A DNA stretch of 64,000 nt from an uncultured virus (IMG/VR IMGVR_UViG_3300043772_000843) (lineage: Duplodnaviria; Heunggongvirae; Uroviricota; Caudoviricetes), in IMG/VR virus record IMGVR_UViG_3300043772_000843. One strand, given 5' to 3'. Below the pieces are notes generated by a model. It made no database searches. It worked only from the letters and a program-made list of their open reading frames with translations, and was not told the DNA's origin. Position numbers and translations under genes: made by a program. Shown here piece by piece: positions 52,471 to 61,412 of this stretch. How positions within the stretch are numbered: the stretch's first letter is position 1; each line of letters opens with the position of its first letter.

Positions 52471-53183
52471 CAGACGTACCTTGCCTTCTTGCCGCGAGTC
52501 TCGCACCCGCCACCCTTGGTCATGCCGCCCTTCTTGAAGCCCATCTCGGCACCGCGCTCCATGACGTCACGGGCGTAGTCTTCCGTGGCTTTGCGGCCCT
52601 CGCGCATCTGCGCCTGACGCTTGATGATTTCGTCACGGGGCTTCGGTGCCCGAGTCGGTTGGGGAGGCGTCGTCTTGGATGGCTCACGGGTATACCCCGT
52701 GTCCTTCGACGCCTGCCGAGCCTGCGGGCGCGAGAACGCCGCAGCGGCGTCGTCCAGCTTGGTAGTCACCGGACGTCCAACACGCGATTCAACACGAGGA
52801 GCCGCCTTCGACGCTGCGCTCTTGGCTGCGCCCGCCAGCTTGGAGGCTGCACCTACCCCAGGCATTGCGCCCAGCGCGGCCAAAGTACGACCCTTGGCAC
52901 GTTCACGTTCTTCCTCGTTGCTCGCCACGCGCTCACCACGTGCTGCACGATCCTTCATTCGCTCCAGCATAGGAGTAGGGTCCGGCATAGACTTGCGGCG
53001 TGGTCCCGCAGGGGCGGCAGACGCCGGAGCCTTGCCCGTCTTGTCCGCGTTCAACAGATCCCGCAGAGTCTTGTCTGCGCCGTACTTGCGCTTGAAGTCC
53101 GCAAGTTCCTCGCGGCTGACCTTGGCACGCCCTTGGGCGTCTTCGCCACGGTCTTTGACCGGGCCGGTGTAGGTGGTACGCAT
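52470..53183 (-). CDS. Basic low-complexity protein
   Basis: 237 aa; TLRDLLNAD; ends FKKGG...RGKKARYV. Confidence 0.7.
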   Translation of the reverse strand: MRTTYTGPVKDRGEDAQGRAKVSREELADFKRKYGADKTLRDLLNADKTGKAPASAAPAGPRRKSMPDPTPMLERMKDRAARGERVASNEEERERAKGRTLAALGAMPGVGAASKLAGAAKSAASKAAPRVESRVGRPVTTKLDDAAAAFSRPQARQASKDTGYTREPSKTTPPQPTRAPKPRDEIIKRQAQMREGRKATEDYARDVMERGAEMGFKKGGMTKGGGCETRGKKARYV

Positions 53184-53190
53184 CTCTACC

Positions 53191-53322
53191 TCACTTGCAG
53201 CTACCGCCGCCCATCATCTTCTTGGGTTTGGCTTTGCCGTCCTTCTTCATGAAGAACGGAAGTTCCTTCTTGCCTTTCGCCTTGGGGGGCATCTTGGCGG
53301 ACATCGGGGGCTTCTTCATCAT
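53191..53322 (-). CDS. Tiny Lys/Met-rich protein
   Basis: 43 aa, MMKKPPMSAK...KKMMGGGSCK; fills the intergenic gap. Confidence 0.6.
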   Translation of the reverse strand: MMKKPPMSAKMPPKAKGKKELPFFMKKDGKAKPKKMMGGGSCK

Positions 53323-53323
53323 C

Positions 53324-53521
53324 TCACACCTTCCTTCCTCTGGTAGGGCCCTTGGTTATGCAACCGTCGGCCCGAGTCACACCGCCGTTGGTGTACTTCT
53401 TGGGAGCAGGTTTGCGCTTGCTGGGCGGGGGTGGCGCAGGGGGCTGCGGTGGGGTCGGCTTGCCGTCCTTGTAGTCCGGGTCAGGGACCATCTGCCATCC
53501 AGATCCGCTTTTCGTTGCCAT
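53324..53521 (-). CDS. Small basic protein
   Basis: YTNGGVTRADGC..KG.TRG. Confidence 0.65.
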   Translation of the reverse strand: MATKSGSGWQMVPDPDYKDGKPTPPQPPAPPPPSKRKPAPKKYTNGGVTRADGCITKGPTRGRKV

Positions 53522-53539
53522 CTTGAACTCCAGTGAGGG

Positions 53540-53785
53540 TCAGCCCGGGTTGGGGCGGTTCTTGAGATTGTCGATCTTGACTTCGAGCCTGTCAAAGCGT
53601 TCGAGCAACTCTTTCATGTCCTGACGAAACTCTGCGCGGGTGAGATGGTCCCGGGCAACTTCCTCGCGTGTCCTGTTCAACAGGATGCTCAAGCGGTCAA
53701 GTTCACGGAACTTAGCGGCCATGAAGAACGCCACCACGCCCAATAGCACCGTCAGGAGGGTGTTCCATAGGAGCGTCGCATCCAT
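53540..53785 (-). CDS. Small membrane-anchored coiled-coil protein
   Basis: N-terminal TM; LLNRTREEVARD...FDRLE.KID. Confidence 0.7.
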   Translation of the reverse strand: MDATLLWNTLLTVLLGVVAFFMAAKFRELDRLSILLNRTREEVARDHLTRAEFRQDMKELLERFDRLEVKIDNLKNRPNPG

Positions 53786-53786
53786 T

Positions 53787-54041
53787 TCAGCACTTCCATG
53801 CACGCAAGGATTTGTTGATACGGGAGTTTGGGTCTTTTGCCGTTTTGGAGCTTGTCAGCTTCGCCTTCATGCCTTTCATCCGGGCACAAAAGGAGTCACG
53901 ACGAGGCCCGCCTTCAGGCTGCGGGGCCTTCAACCCCGGCTTGCCCGGGTTGGCTGCGTTGTAGCTGGCGCGGCCTTTGGCGTTGAGACCCCCGGCTTCA
54001 GACTTGCCTTCCTTACGCGTCCACGCAGGTGTCTTAGCCAT
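53787..54041 (-). CDS. Small basic protein (DUF6321-like)
   Basis: PAWTRKEGK...GGLNAKGRASYN...RRDSFCARM...SRINKSLRAWKC. Confidence 0.75.
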   Translation of the reverse strand: MAKTPAWTRKEGKSEAGGLNAKGRASYNAANPGKPGLKAPQPEGGPRRDSFCARMKGMKAKLTSSKTAKDPNSRINKSLRAWKC

Positions 54042-54315
54042 AGAAAATGGTGACTTTGGCCGCAGTAGGCAGCGTCACATAAACGCCGTTTTCAAACAGA
54101 ATCCCCTCTCCGGGGATCAAGTTGGCAAAGGGGTTGTTGGTGTTTGCGGGGACATTGAAGCGCAAACGCTCAAGCCCCGTAGCGGTGCCATCGGTGAAGA
54201 TGATGTCACCGGCTGTACCACCAGAAAGGCACTGGTAGCCTTTCAGCCGCACCCGCCCCGAAACAAGGGAGCCCGTAGCTTCTAGGTGCGCTGATTTGAC
54301 GTCAGTCTGCATCAT
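54034..54315 (-). CDS. Structural protein
   Basis: MQTDVKS...IPGEGILF..G.YV...TIFYG. Confidence 0.7.
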   Translation of the reverse strand: MMQTDVKSAHLEATGSLVSGRVRLKGYQCLSGGTAGDIIFTDGTATGLERLRFNVPANTNNPFANLIPGEGILFENGVYVTLPTAAKVTIFYG

Positions 54316-54357
54316 GGTGAACTCCAATAGGAGAACGCCCCCGGAGGGGCGTCAACG

Positions 54358-54858
54358 TCAGTCTTGGAAGGCGGTCGGGTTCACTGAACCATCAGGCTGA
54401 CGCTGGACGTAGCTCACCGTGACGACAATCTGTCCCGACGTGGCGTTGCCCGTCGTCGCCGTGAACGTGGCTTGAAGCATGACATCAGAGGTGCCGATGT
54501 TGTCGCAGTCGTCCACTTGAAGCCCCGCGTCGACCGTAGCCTGAGCCGCACGGCCCTTGGTCGTTGCCAGATTCACCGACTCCAGATACTGGTTGTCGTC
54601 CGACGCATTGCCCACAATCATCGCAACCTGCGAGATGGAGTTGCCCGCCAGCGCCACGGTCTTGTCGGCGATGATCGAGACGATCTTCGACCCCGCAGGC
54701 AGCGTGAACAAATTCTGAGCCGGAGCCGCAGAAGTCAACGCCACACCCGACATGTTGATGGTAGCGGACTGCGTAAGCAGCACCAGACCCGTATTGCGGC
54801 CAGGGTTGTAGCGCTGGGTGCCCGAGCGGAGCGGGCCGGAGAAGGTTGAGAAGCTCAT
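54358..54858 (-). CDS. Capsid-associated structural protein
   Basis: STFSGPLRSG N-terminus; beta-rich; follows the major capsid gene. Confidence 0.7.
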   Translation of the reverse strand: MSFSTFSGPLRSGTQRYNPGRNTGLVLLTQSATINMSGVALTSAAPAQNLFTLPAGSKIVSIIADKTVALAGNSISQVAMIVGNASDDNQYLESVNLATTKGRAAQATVDAGLQVDDCDNIGTSDVMLQATFTATTGNATSGQIVVTVSYVQRQPDGSVNPTAFQD

Positions 54859-54865
54859 GGCTTTT

Positions 54866-54935
54866 CCTCAGTTGTGCCTACCGTCGTGAGGGGCGTCTGC
54901 CGGGACAGTCGATAGGCCGGTCATGGTGCCCGGGG
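54866..54935 (-). ncRNA. Structured RNA downstream of the gpT-like capsid gene (candidate Mu-gpT-DE-type motif)
   Basis: GCCUAUCG/CGGUAGGC stem; loop CCCGG complementary to upstream CCGGG; CCUCA complementary to UGAGG at the RBS. Confidence 0.55.
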
Positions 54936-54974
54936 GCCCTTGCGGGCGTAGCCCGAGCCTAGCACACTTGGCCC

Positions 54975-55002
54975 AAAAAGAAAAGGCCCCCGAAGGGGCC
55001 TT
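54975..55002 (-). terminator. Intrinsic terminator after the major capsid gene
   Basis: AAGGCCCC-TTCG-GGGGCCTT followed by TTCTTTTT. Confidence 0.85.
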
Positions 55003-55020
55003 GGATCACGCCGGAGCCGC

Positions 55021-55932
55021 TCAGCTCGCGCCGGGGGAGCCGTACACGCCCAGCGGGTCAGACCAGCCGAACGAGTAACGCTCGCGGGCCTTGTAGCGGT
55101 TGTTCCCCGTGTCGAAGTCAGCGTCCATCGAGGTGGACATCGGGACGCGCACGAAGTGCTTCAGGCCGTTCGGAACGTCAGTGGTCAGGAACCACGCGTT
55201 CGGGTCGGTCAAGAAGTGGTTGACGGTGTACCCTTCCGGGATCGAGCCGTTGTTCTTCAGCGCGTTGATGTCGTTGTCGGTGGTGCCGACGCGGAGGTTG
55301 GTCTCCAGCAGGCGGGTTGCGACGAACATCAGGGCCGGGGGGATGATCAGCTTCCGGGGCTTGGCAGCGATCAAGAGGCCCTTCTCATCCGTCCACGCAG
55401 CGATCTGGATCACTGCGTTCTCCAACGCGGTCTCGTTCAGGTCCGTAGCCACCGAAGGACGGTTGCTGTTGGTACCCCCGGAGACCAGCGGGTGGGCAGT
55501 GCTGAACAGCGAGACACCATCACCGCCCGGGAAGGCAGCGTTGAAGCCGTTGTTCAGGATGTTCGCGGCCTTGACCTGCTTGCTGTAGGCCATAGCCCGA
55601 GCCAGCGACTTGGTGTAGCGCGTGCTCAGACTGTCGTACAGGTTGTCTTCCATCGCCTCTTCGGTGATGGAGAAGCCCATAGCGATGGTCTCGTGGTTGT
55701 AACGAGCGGTCCAGGCTTCCTGCGCGTTGTCATACGCAATGGCCTGACCTTCGTACTTCACCGGAGCGGCAGAGAAACCAGCGAGCTTGGTCTCCTCTTC
55801 GAACGAGCGGTCGGAGGTCTCCGTTTCGTAGATCTCCTTGTGCTCCTCGGCGTAGCGCTTGTACTCCATGCCGAACAAGGCGTTCAGGCCGGGGAGAAGC
55901 TCCTTGAGGAGCTGTGCACGAGAAATTGCCAT
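55021..55932 (-). CDS. Major capsid protein (Mu gpT-like)
   Basis: MAISRAQLLKELLPGLNALFG...YKARERYSFGWSDP; strong codon bias; terminator follows. Confidence 0.9.
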   Translation of the reverse strand: MAISRAQLLKELLPGLNALFGMEYKRYAEEHKEIYETETSDRSFEEETKLAGFSAAPVKYEGQAIAYDNAQEAWTARYNHETIAMGFSITEEAMEDNLYDSLSTRYTKSLARAMAYSKQVKAANILNNGFNAAFPGGDGVSLFSTAHPLVSGGTNSNRPSVATDLNETALENAVIQIAAWTDEKGLLIAAKPRKLIIPPALMFVATRLLETNLRVGTTDNDINALKNNGSIPEGYTVNHFLTDPNAWFLTTDVPNGLKHFVRVPMSTSMDADFDTGNNRYKARERYSFGWSDPLGVYGSPGAS

Positions 55933-55944
55933 GATTCAGACTCC

Positions 55945-56871
55945 TCAGACGCCAGCGGCGAGCAAGTACGAGTGGTAACCGAAGTTCCAGCCGACGATGA
56001 CTTCGGGGTAGCCGATGAAGCTAACCGAGGTGCCGCTGGAGGCCGTGACGCTGGCGCTGACCGTGATGGTGTTGGTGCTGGTGACCACACCCGTGACCGT
56101 CAGGTTGCTGCCCGGAGAGCCCGCCGTGGTGCCGCTGATGCCGTCGATGACGCACTGCATGCCCGGGACGATGCCCGTGGTCGACGGAACCGTGAAGGTC
56201 GTCGCGCCCGAGGGAGACGAGGACAGCGCAGTAGCCACCGTGACGGCGGTGTCAGGCACCAGTTGGATCACGCGCAGGCAGGGCGAAGTGCCCGCACCGG
56301 TGCCGACCGTCTGGCGGATGTTGCCAGCCACCGACGAAGCCACCGTGGGGTTGCCGCCCGAAACACCAGCCAGCGAGTTGCCAGTTGCCGTCGAGCCGCC
56401 GTTGCCAGCGATCAGGAAGGCGTTGGTGCCAAGGAACGACGGCGACATGTAGCCGATGGTCGTGCCGGTGTTCAGTTGGGTGTTGGCGCTGCCTTGCGGT
56501 TGCGCGATCACTGCTGCCTTGAACAGGGCGTTCGGGTCGTCCAGCACGTAGGCCACCGCGTTGGGGGCGTTGGTGCTTGCCGGGTAGTACTGCTGACGCA
56601 GCTTACCGTAGATCGGGCCCGACCCGGTGCTGTATTCGCAGCCCAGAAAGACGCCGACAATGTCACCAGCCGCAGCGGCGGACTGCGTGTCCGCGTTGTA
56701 GGGGGTGATGATGCTGTTGCCGTTGGATAGACCAACCACATCCCCGTTGAAGATGTTGGTGGCGTAGCCTTGGCCGATGGGGATCATCCGAGTCGAACCT
56801 GCAAACGGAATACCGCCCTTCAGGTTGATCGGCGCAAGCCCGTAGGGCTTGTCAATCGTGGGGAAAGCCAT
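55945..56871 (-). CDS. Capsid decoration/cement protein
   Basis: PYGL.PIN...IFNGD.V...VGVFLGC.Y...DDPNALFK; immediately upstream of the major capsid gene. Confidence 0.65.
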   Translation of the reverse strand: MAFPTIDKPYGLAPINLKGGIPFAGSTRMIPIGQGYATNIFNGDVVGLSNGNSIITPYNADTQSAAAAGDIVGVFLGCEYSTGSGPIYGKLRQQYYPASTNAPNAVAYVLDDPNALFKAAVIAQPQGSANTQLNTGTTIGYMSPSFLGTNAFLIAGNGGSTATGNSLAGVSGGNPTVASSVAGNIRQTVGTGAGTSPCLRVIQLVPDTAVTVATALSSSPSGATTFTVPSTTGIVPGMQCVIDGISGTTAGSPGSNLTVTGVVTSTNTITVSASVTASSGTSVSFIGYPEVIVGWNFGYHSYLLAAGV

Positions 56872-56883
56872 TTATGACTCCTA

Positions 56884-57327
56884 TCAGGAACCGTTACCGA
56901 ACGACCCACGCGACGAGCTGCTTTTCTGTTCAGCAAACAACGGCATGCGAGGGTCACTTTGACTTGTGAACTTGGAATTCACGGAATGCGACTGGCTGTT
57001 GGTCATGTCCGCGTAGTGGGTAACGCGCTGACTCAACATATCGTCGGGCATCTTGCAGAGCATCAGACCGCCGATCTCGATGTTCCCCGTCTTGGTGTTG
57101 GCCTCGAAAGCCAACTCAGGGTGATCTTCTGCCTTGACGGGCTCATAACCCTCACGCAGTCGTTGCGACACATTCGTGGGGTTCGCTTCCCCCAGCAGAT
57201 GCGTCATCACCCACCGAAAACCCACACCGGGCTCCGGGGTCGGATCAGGGAGCGTAGAAGCGGGACGCCAGCGACGCTGCGTCTTCTCGCGAGTCGCGAG
57301 TTCTCGGGGCGTGCGGGTCTCAGCCAT
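56884..57327 (-). CDS. Conserved head-module protein
   Basis: W.P.STLP.P...FRWV...REGYEPV...IGGLMLCKMP. Confidence 0.7.
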   Translation of the reverse strand: MAETRTPRELATREKTQRRWRPASTLPDPTPEPGVGFRWVMTHLLGEANPTNVSQRLREGYEPVKAEDHPELAFEANTKTGNIEIGGLMLCKMPDDMLSQRVTHYADMTNSQSHSVNSKFTSQSDPRMPLFAEQKSSSSRGSFGNGS

Positions 57328-58270
57328 TCTGCTGCTCCAGTTTTGCCACGTTGCGGGCATACTCTTCCAAGGGGACGCCGAGGCGTCGGGCGATTGCTAC
57401 CTGCGATTGCGTCAGCTTGATCTTCTTCGCTGACGTAGCTCTTTGCGTCGGTGCTACGACGGTAGGCGGCCTGCGGGCCGGTTCGGACTTGGGAGTCTCG
57501 AACTTGTCGGGGAAGACTTGGCGTAGCCGAGAGTCGATGGTATCGAAGTACTCTTTCGACCCCGGGTTGTACCCGGATCTGACGAGCTTGTTGTGCACGC
57601 CCATCGCGAGACTCGTCATCTCTTCGTCTTCACCGAACCACGAGTTACGCTGTTTCCAAGCCTCTGTGGCTGGATCGAGTTGAGTAACCGGTGCTTGTTG
57701 CGAGGGCTGTTGAGGAGCAACGTTACCACGTTGTTCTTCAGATTGCAAGGGGGCAGGCTTGAGTGCTTTGGCACGCTGCTGCATGAACACCGCTTCGTTC
57801 AGCTTGGCCTGTGCCTCAACAAACGCCTCGGTATCTCCAGCCTCGTGTGCGGCTTTCAGCGCACTCTTGGCCTTTTCGACTTCGACTTCCGCGAGTCGCT
57901 GCGCTTGAGAGACGAACGCACCGGTACCCTTGTCGATCTGTCCCTTGAGCTTCTTGTTCTCCTCGAACAGTATCTGAGCGGCACGGATGGCCTCTTGGTT
58001 CTGCCGCTCCAGCGCCTCTTTGGCGCGGCGCTCATCGTGACGAGCGTGCGTCAGCTCCTTGATCCGACTGCGAACCTTCTCGCCATACTGCGCCAGTTCG
58101 TCGTCCGTGGGCTCTTCCACGGGCTTTTCCAAGGGTTTGCGGCCCCTGTCCTGGTCGGGGGTGTCATCGACAACCTCGATCTCGGCGTCGTTTTCAACCT
58201 CGAACTCCACCTTATCGGTGGCTTTGTCGTCCTTGGTCTCGATCTCGTCGGGAAATTTGAACTCAGCCAT
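57320..58270 (-). CDS. Putative scaffolding protein
   Basis: Acidic coiled coil; W..RN.WFG; LTQSQVAIARRLGVPLEEYA. Confidence 0.75.
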   Translation of the reverse strand: MAEFKFPDEIETKDDKATDKVEFEVENDAEIEVVDDTPDQDRGRKPLEKPVEEPTDDELAQYGEKVRSRIKELTHARHDERRAKEALERQNQEAIRAAQILFEENKKLKGQIDKGTGAFVSQAQRLAEVEVEKAKSALKAAHEAGDTEAFVEAQAKLNEAVFMQQRAKALKPAPLQSEEQRGNVAPQQPSQQAPVTQLDPATEAWKQRNSWFGEDEEMTSLAMGVHNKLVRSGYNPGSKEYFDTIDSRLRQVFPDKFETPKSEPARRPPTVVAPTQRATSAKKIKLTQSQVAIARRLGVPLEEYARNVAKLEQQNG

Positions 58271-58279
58271 TGGTGCTCC

Positions 58280-58651
58280 TTAAGCGCGAGTGATACCACG
58301 GGGGTCTTGCACCACGGCTTCCACCTGATCGTCATTGATCAGACGGAACTCACGACCGTGGATCTTGAACCGCGTACCCGCGTAGGCGCGGGTGATGACG
58401 AAGTCACCCTCCTTGCACCACGGCCCGCTTGGGAACTTGTCCATGTCGGCGTAGGCTTGGGGTCCAGCCTTGAGCACGAACAGCACCACAGTGCTGTGCT
58501 CTTCGACGCGAAGCGTGGTGTCCGCCTTCAGGATGCCACTCTCGTACTTGTCCTCCACTTCCGGGAGGGCGCACAGCAGCTTGTATCCCGAGGGTTCAGG
58601 CAGTTGGCGGGCCTTTTCGGTGTCGGAGATGTCGTTGATATCGTCACTCAT
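58280..58651 (-). CDS. groES: Co-chaperonin GroES-like protein
   Basis: P.GYKLL...SGIL...GP.AY...WCKEGDFV...YAGTR......RLINDD.V.AVV. Confidence 0.85.
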   Translation of the reverse strand: MSDDINDISDTEKARQLPEPSGYKLLCALPEVEDKYESGILKADTTLRVEEHSTVVLFVLKAGPQAYADMDKFPSGPWCKEGDFVITRAYAGTRFKIHGREFRLINDDQVEAVVQDPRGITRA

Positions 58652-58730
58652 GGTTCACTCTCGCGGGCAGGTTGGCACCGTGGCTTGCCCGAGCACCACG
58701 GCGGGGGTCCGGGCCAGCGGCCCGGGGGGA

Positions 58731-58925
58731 TCAGTTGTCGTTGCGCTTCAGCGCCTCGACCATGTCGAGGAGTTCACGCTCGGCCAGAGCCAAACCGTGG
58801 ATCACGCCGCAGGCGTAACGGTACTCACCGAAGTCCTTGGCGGAACCTCCGGCGATGTTGTCAGTGAGACCGTTGAGTTGGGTTCTGATCTTGGTGCGCA
58901 GCACCATCAGGATCTTCTCGTCCAT
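58731..58925 (-). CDS. Small conserved head-module protein
   Basis: G.AKDF.EYRY.CGVIHGL. Confidence 0.7.
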   Translation of the reverse strand: MDEKILMVLRTKIRTQLNGLTDNIAGGSAKDFGEYRYACGVIHGLALAERELLDMVEALKRNDN

Positions 58926-58928
58926 GTT

Positions 58929-61379
58929 TTAGCCCCGTGGGTTGTTGGGGTTGTTGGCAGGTCGGGGCCGCGAGGCTTGGATCACCTTCACCGCCCTATC
59001 CGCGTCCTTTGACTGCTTGTCCATGACAGTCTTCATGGTGGCCTTACGGTTTTCTGACGCGAGTCGTTCGCGGTCGAGTCGCAGGCGCTCTTGGGCGACG
59101 ATGAAGTCCATCTCGTCGTTCTTGGCCTTCCTCTGGCTGTCGCGCTCCTTGAGCTGCAACTCTGCCTGAGCGATCTGAAGCTCAGGGTTCTGGGCCTGCT
59201 GTTGTGCGGCCTGCTGCGCCGCCATCGCTTGGTTCATCACCAGTGTGCGCTGGGCAGCGGCGGCGACCAGCGGAGCCAGAGCCTTCTCGTCGTCCAGCGT
59301 GATGGGAGCGGTGTCGTCCTCGTCCAGCGCGGGCAGCGGGACCCCGAGGGACATCTCGATCTGTGCCCGGTACGAGAACCCAGCGTGCTCCGCGATGTGG
59401 GCCATAAGCGCAGCCATCATCTGCTGCGCCATCGGGTTCTGACCGATAGCCATCGCGATCTTCGGGTCCTGCATGAACGACTGGTGCACTGCCATGTGCG
59501 CCTCGTGGTCTTGGTACGCGAAGGCCTTGACGGGCTTGCCGCGCAGCACGTTCATGTTCTCGGTGACGGGGTCTTGTGGTTTCTGGTCCTCGGGCAGCGG
59601 CACCAGCTTGTCGGCGTTCTTGATCCCCAGCACCTCCAGCATCTGGCGGTGAAGCTGCGGCAGGTTGTAGATCTGCGGAGCCCCTTGGGCAAGCTGAAGC
59701 GCCGCTTGGTACTGCACCACCCGCTGACTCATGGTCGCCGCGTTCGGGTCGCTGACCGGGATCACCTCGACGAGGGAGTAGTCGCTCTGCCGCGCACGCG
59801 GCACCGCCGTGTCAGGCTCGTAGTCGTAGGACTCCGGGGCGAAGTCAGCGATGATGGCTTTCAGGAGCTTCAGCTCCTGTTTCATCGCGTAGTGCATCCG
59901 CGCCTGCACCGCCGACATGATCTTGAGCTGGCGCTCCAGCAGCGCCAGCATGGTGCCCACCGGGGCCTGCGCGGACATGTCCGAGACCTTCAAGTCTGCT
60001 GTGGCGGCGAACCGCCGCGCCTCGTCCACGATGCTGTTCAGCAGCGTCAGGAGCGTCTGGGACGGCTCCTTGTAGGGCAGGGGCATGATGTTGTCGCGCA
60101 CCGTGCCGGAGGGCACGTCGACGTCCCTGAACTCGCCCGGGGCGATGGGGGTATCGTCCCCTTTGATTCGAAGGCCACGGGCCTTCAGTCCCCCAGGCAG
60201 GTTTGACAGAGTACCGGCGTCGACCAACTGGCGGGTCAGGCTCGTGGCGCTCTTGGCCGCGCCTCCAATGAGGTGAATCAGCCCGAAGCCATACGCACCG
60301 AAGCCCGGGATGTACTGGTAGTGCACGAAGTGCTGACGCGCTTGGTGGGTCAAGTCTCCTTCAAGCCAGTTTCTCCTGATGGAGAGCACTGCACCGGTAT
60401 CTTTAATCACCGTGACGACGTAGGGCCGCTCGATGGCGGTGGGGTTGCCGTCCTTGTCCTTGTGCTCGTCGCCCGGGATGCTCAGCTCGACGTGGATCTC
60501 CAACAACAAAAATCTGTCGTCATGGGTGGCGGCGAAGCCGGTCTCCTCGTCCTTTCTTTTCTGTATCTCATCAATGTTCTTGTTCGGCTCACCAATGTCG
60601 ATGTCGCGGTAGAACCCGGCGTTTTGGAGACGTAGGATCTCGTTCTTGGTCTTCCTCATCCTGTGCGTGACGCGTGGGCACGAGGAGAGTTCTGACGTGC
60701 CGTAAGGCAGGATGATGTCTTCAGCAGGGATGAAGGTCGAGACCTGACGGTCAAGATTGCGGTCGAAGTAGACCTTCTTGAAGGCGGAGCCCGCGATCGG
60801 CAGGTTCCACAAGAGTTTCTCATGCTCCGGGCGATACTCCACCATGACTTCCGTCAACTGGTAGTTCATGTCGTCCTGCACGCGTGCTGCGGCCTCTTCC
60901 TTCTCTCGTGTCTGTTTCCCAATGATCTTGGCCTTGACGGGGCCTGCGGCAGGGAACAGCTCAGTGATGGCTTCACTCTGGAACCGCACCACCGCCTCGG
61001 TGAGGATGGGGGAGAACACACCGCATGCACCGGACCAAGGCTCCGTCCGCTCCTCATACTTGAGGCCCAAGAGCTTCAGTCCATCAGCGTAAGTCTCTTC
61101 CCAGTCTTTCCGGGAGTTGATGTCGTTGTCATAGTCCCCCAACAGCCCCCCGGAAACCTCTTCGAGGATCGCTTCATCAAGGATGTCGGCCAAGTTCGCT
61201 TCAAAGTCGTCGCCCAGGTCATCGTCTCCTGGCACGAGGGTGATCTCAACGCCATCGGTGTCGATGGTGACACTGTCCGGATTTTCAATTTCGATTTCAA
61301 GGGCAGGCTCATCGCCCATTACCTCCGGCAGGGGCGGCACGCCCGTCGAGTACAACGCTTTGTCAATGTTGGTCGCCAT
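58929..61379 (-). CDS. Portal protein (P22-like)
   Basis: 816 aa downstream of TerL; GSAFKKVY, RQLVDAGTLSNLPGG, Gln-rich C-terminus. Confidence 0.9.
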   Translation of the reverse strand: MATNIDKALYSTGVPPLPEVMGDEPALEIEIENPDSVTIDTDGVEITLVPGDDDLGDDFEANLADILDEAILEEVSGGLLGDYDNDINSRKDWEETYADGLKLLGLKYEERTEPWSGACGVFSPILTEAVVRFQSEAITELFPAAGPVKAKIIGKQTREKEEAAARVQDDMNYQLTEVMVEYRPEHEKLLWNLPIAGSAFKKVYFDRNLDRQVSTFIPAEDIILPYGTSELSSCPRVTHRMRKTKNEILRLQNAGFYRDIDIGEPNKNIDEIQKRKDEETGFAATHDDRFLLLEIHVELSIPGDEHKDKDGNPTAIERPYVVTVIKDTGAVLSIRRNWLEGDLTHQARQHFVHYQYIPGFGAYGFGLIHLIGGAAKSATSLTRQLVDAGTLSNLPGGLKARGLRIKGDDTPIAPGEFRDVDVPSGTVRDNIMPLPYKEPSQTLLTLLNSIVDEARRFAATADLKVSDMSAQAPVGTMLALLERQLKIMSAVQARMHYAMKQELKLLKAIIADFAPESYDYEPDTAVPRARQSDYSLVEVIPVSDPNAATMSQRVVQYQAALQLAQGAPQIYNLPQLHRQMLEVLGIKNADKLVPLPEDQKPQDPVTENMNVLRGKPVKAFAYQDHEAHMAVHQSFMQDPKIAMAIGQNPMAQQMMAALMAHIAEHAGFSYRAQIEMSLGVPLPALDEDDTAPITLDDEKALAPLVAAAAQRTLVMNQAMAAQQAAQQQAQNPELQIAQAELQLKERDSQRKAKNDEMDFIVAQERLRLDRERLASENRKATMKTVMDKQSKDADRAVKVIQASRPRPANNPNNPRG

Positions 61380-61412
61380 GAGGGCTCCGAAGGGTGTGGG
61401 GGGGGTGTTGGA

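Noticed and set aside
55156..56730. Long antisense ORFs (e.g. 55156..56730+, 28588..30009+, 57593..58867+, 59091..60206+, 20091..21092-)
   Set aside because: They are shadows of strongly biased GC-rich codons in bona fide opposite-strand genes, with no RBS or motifs.
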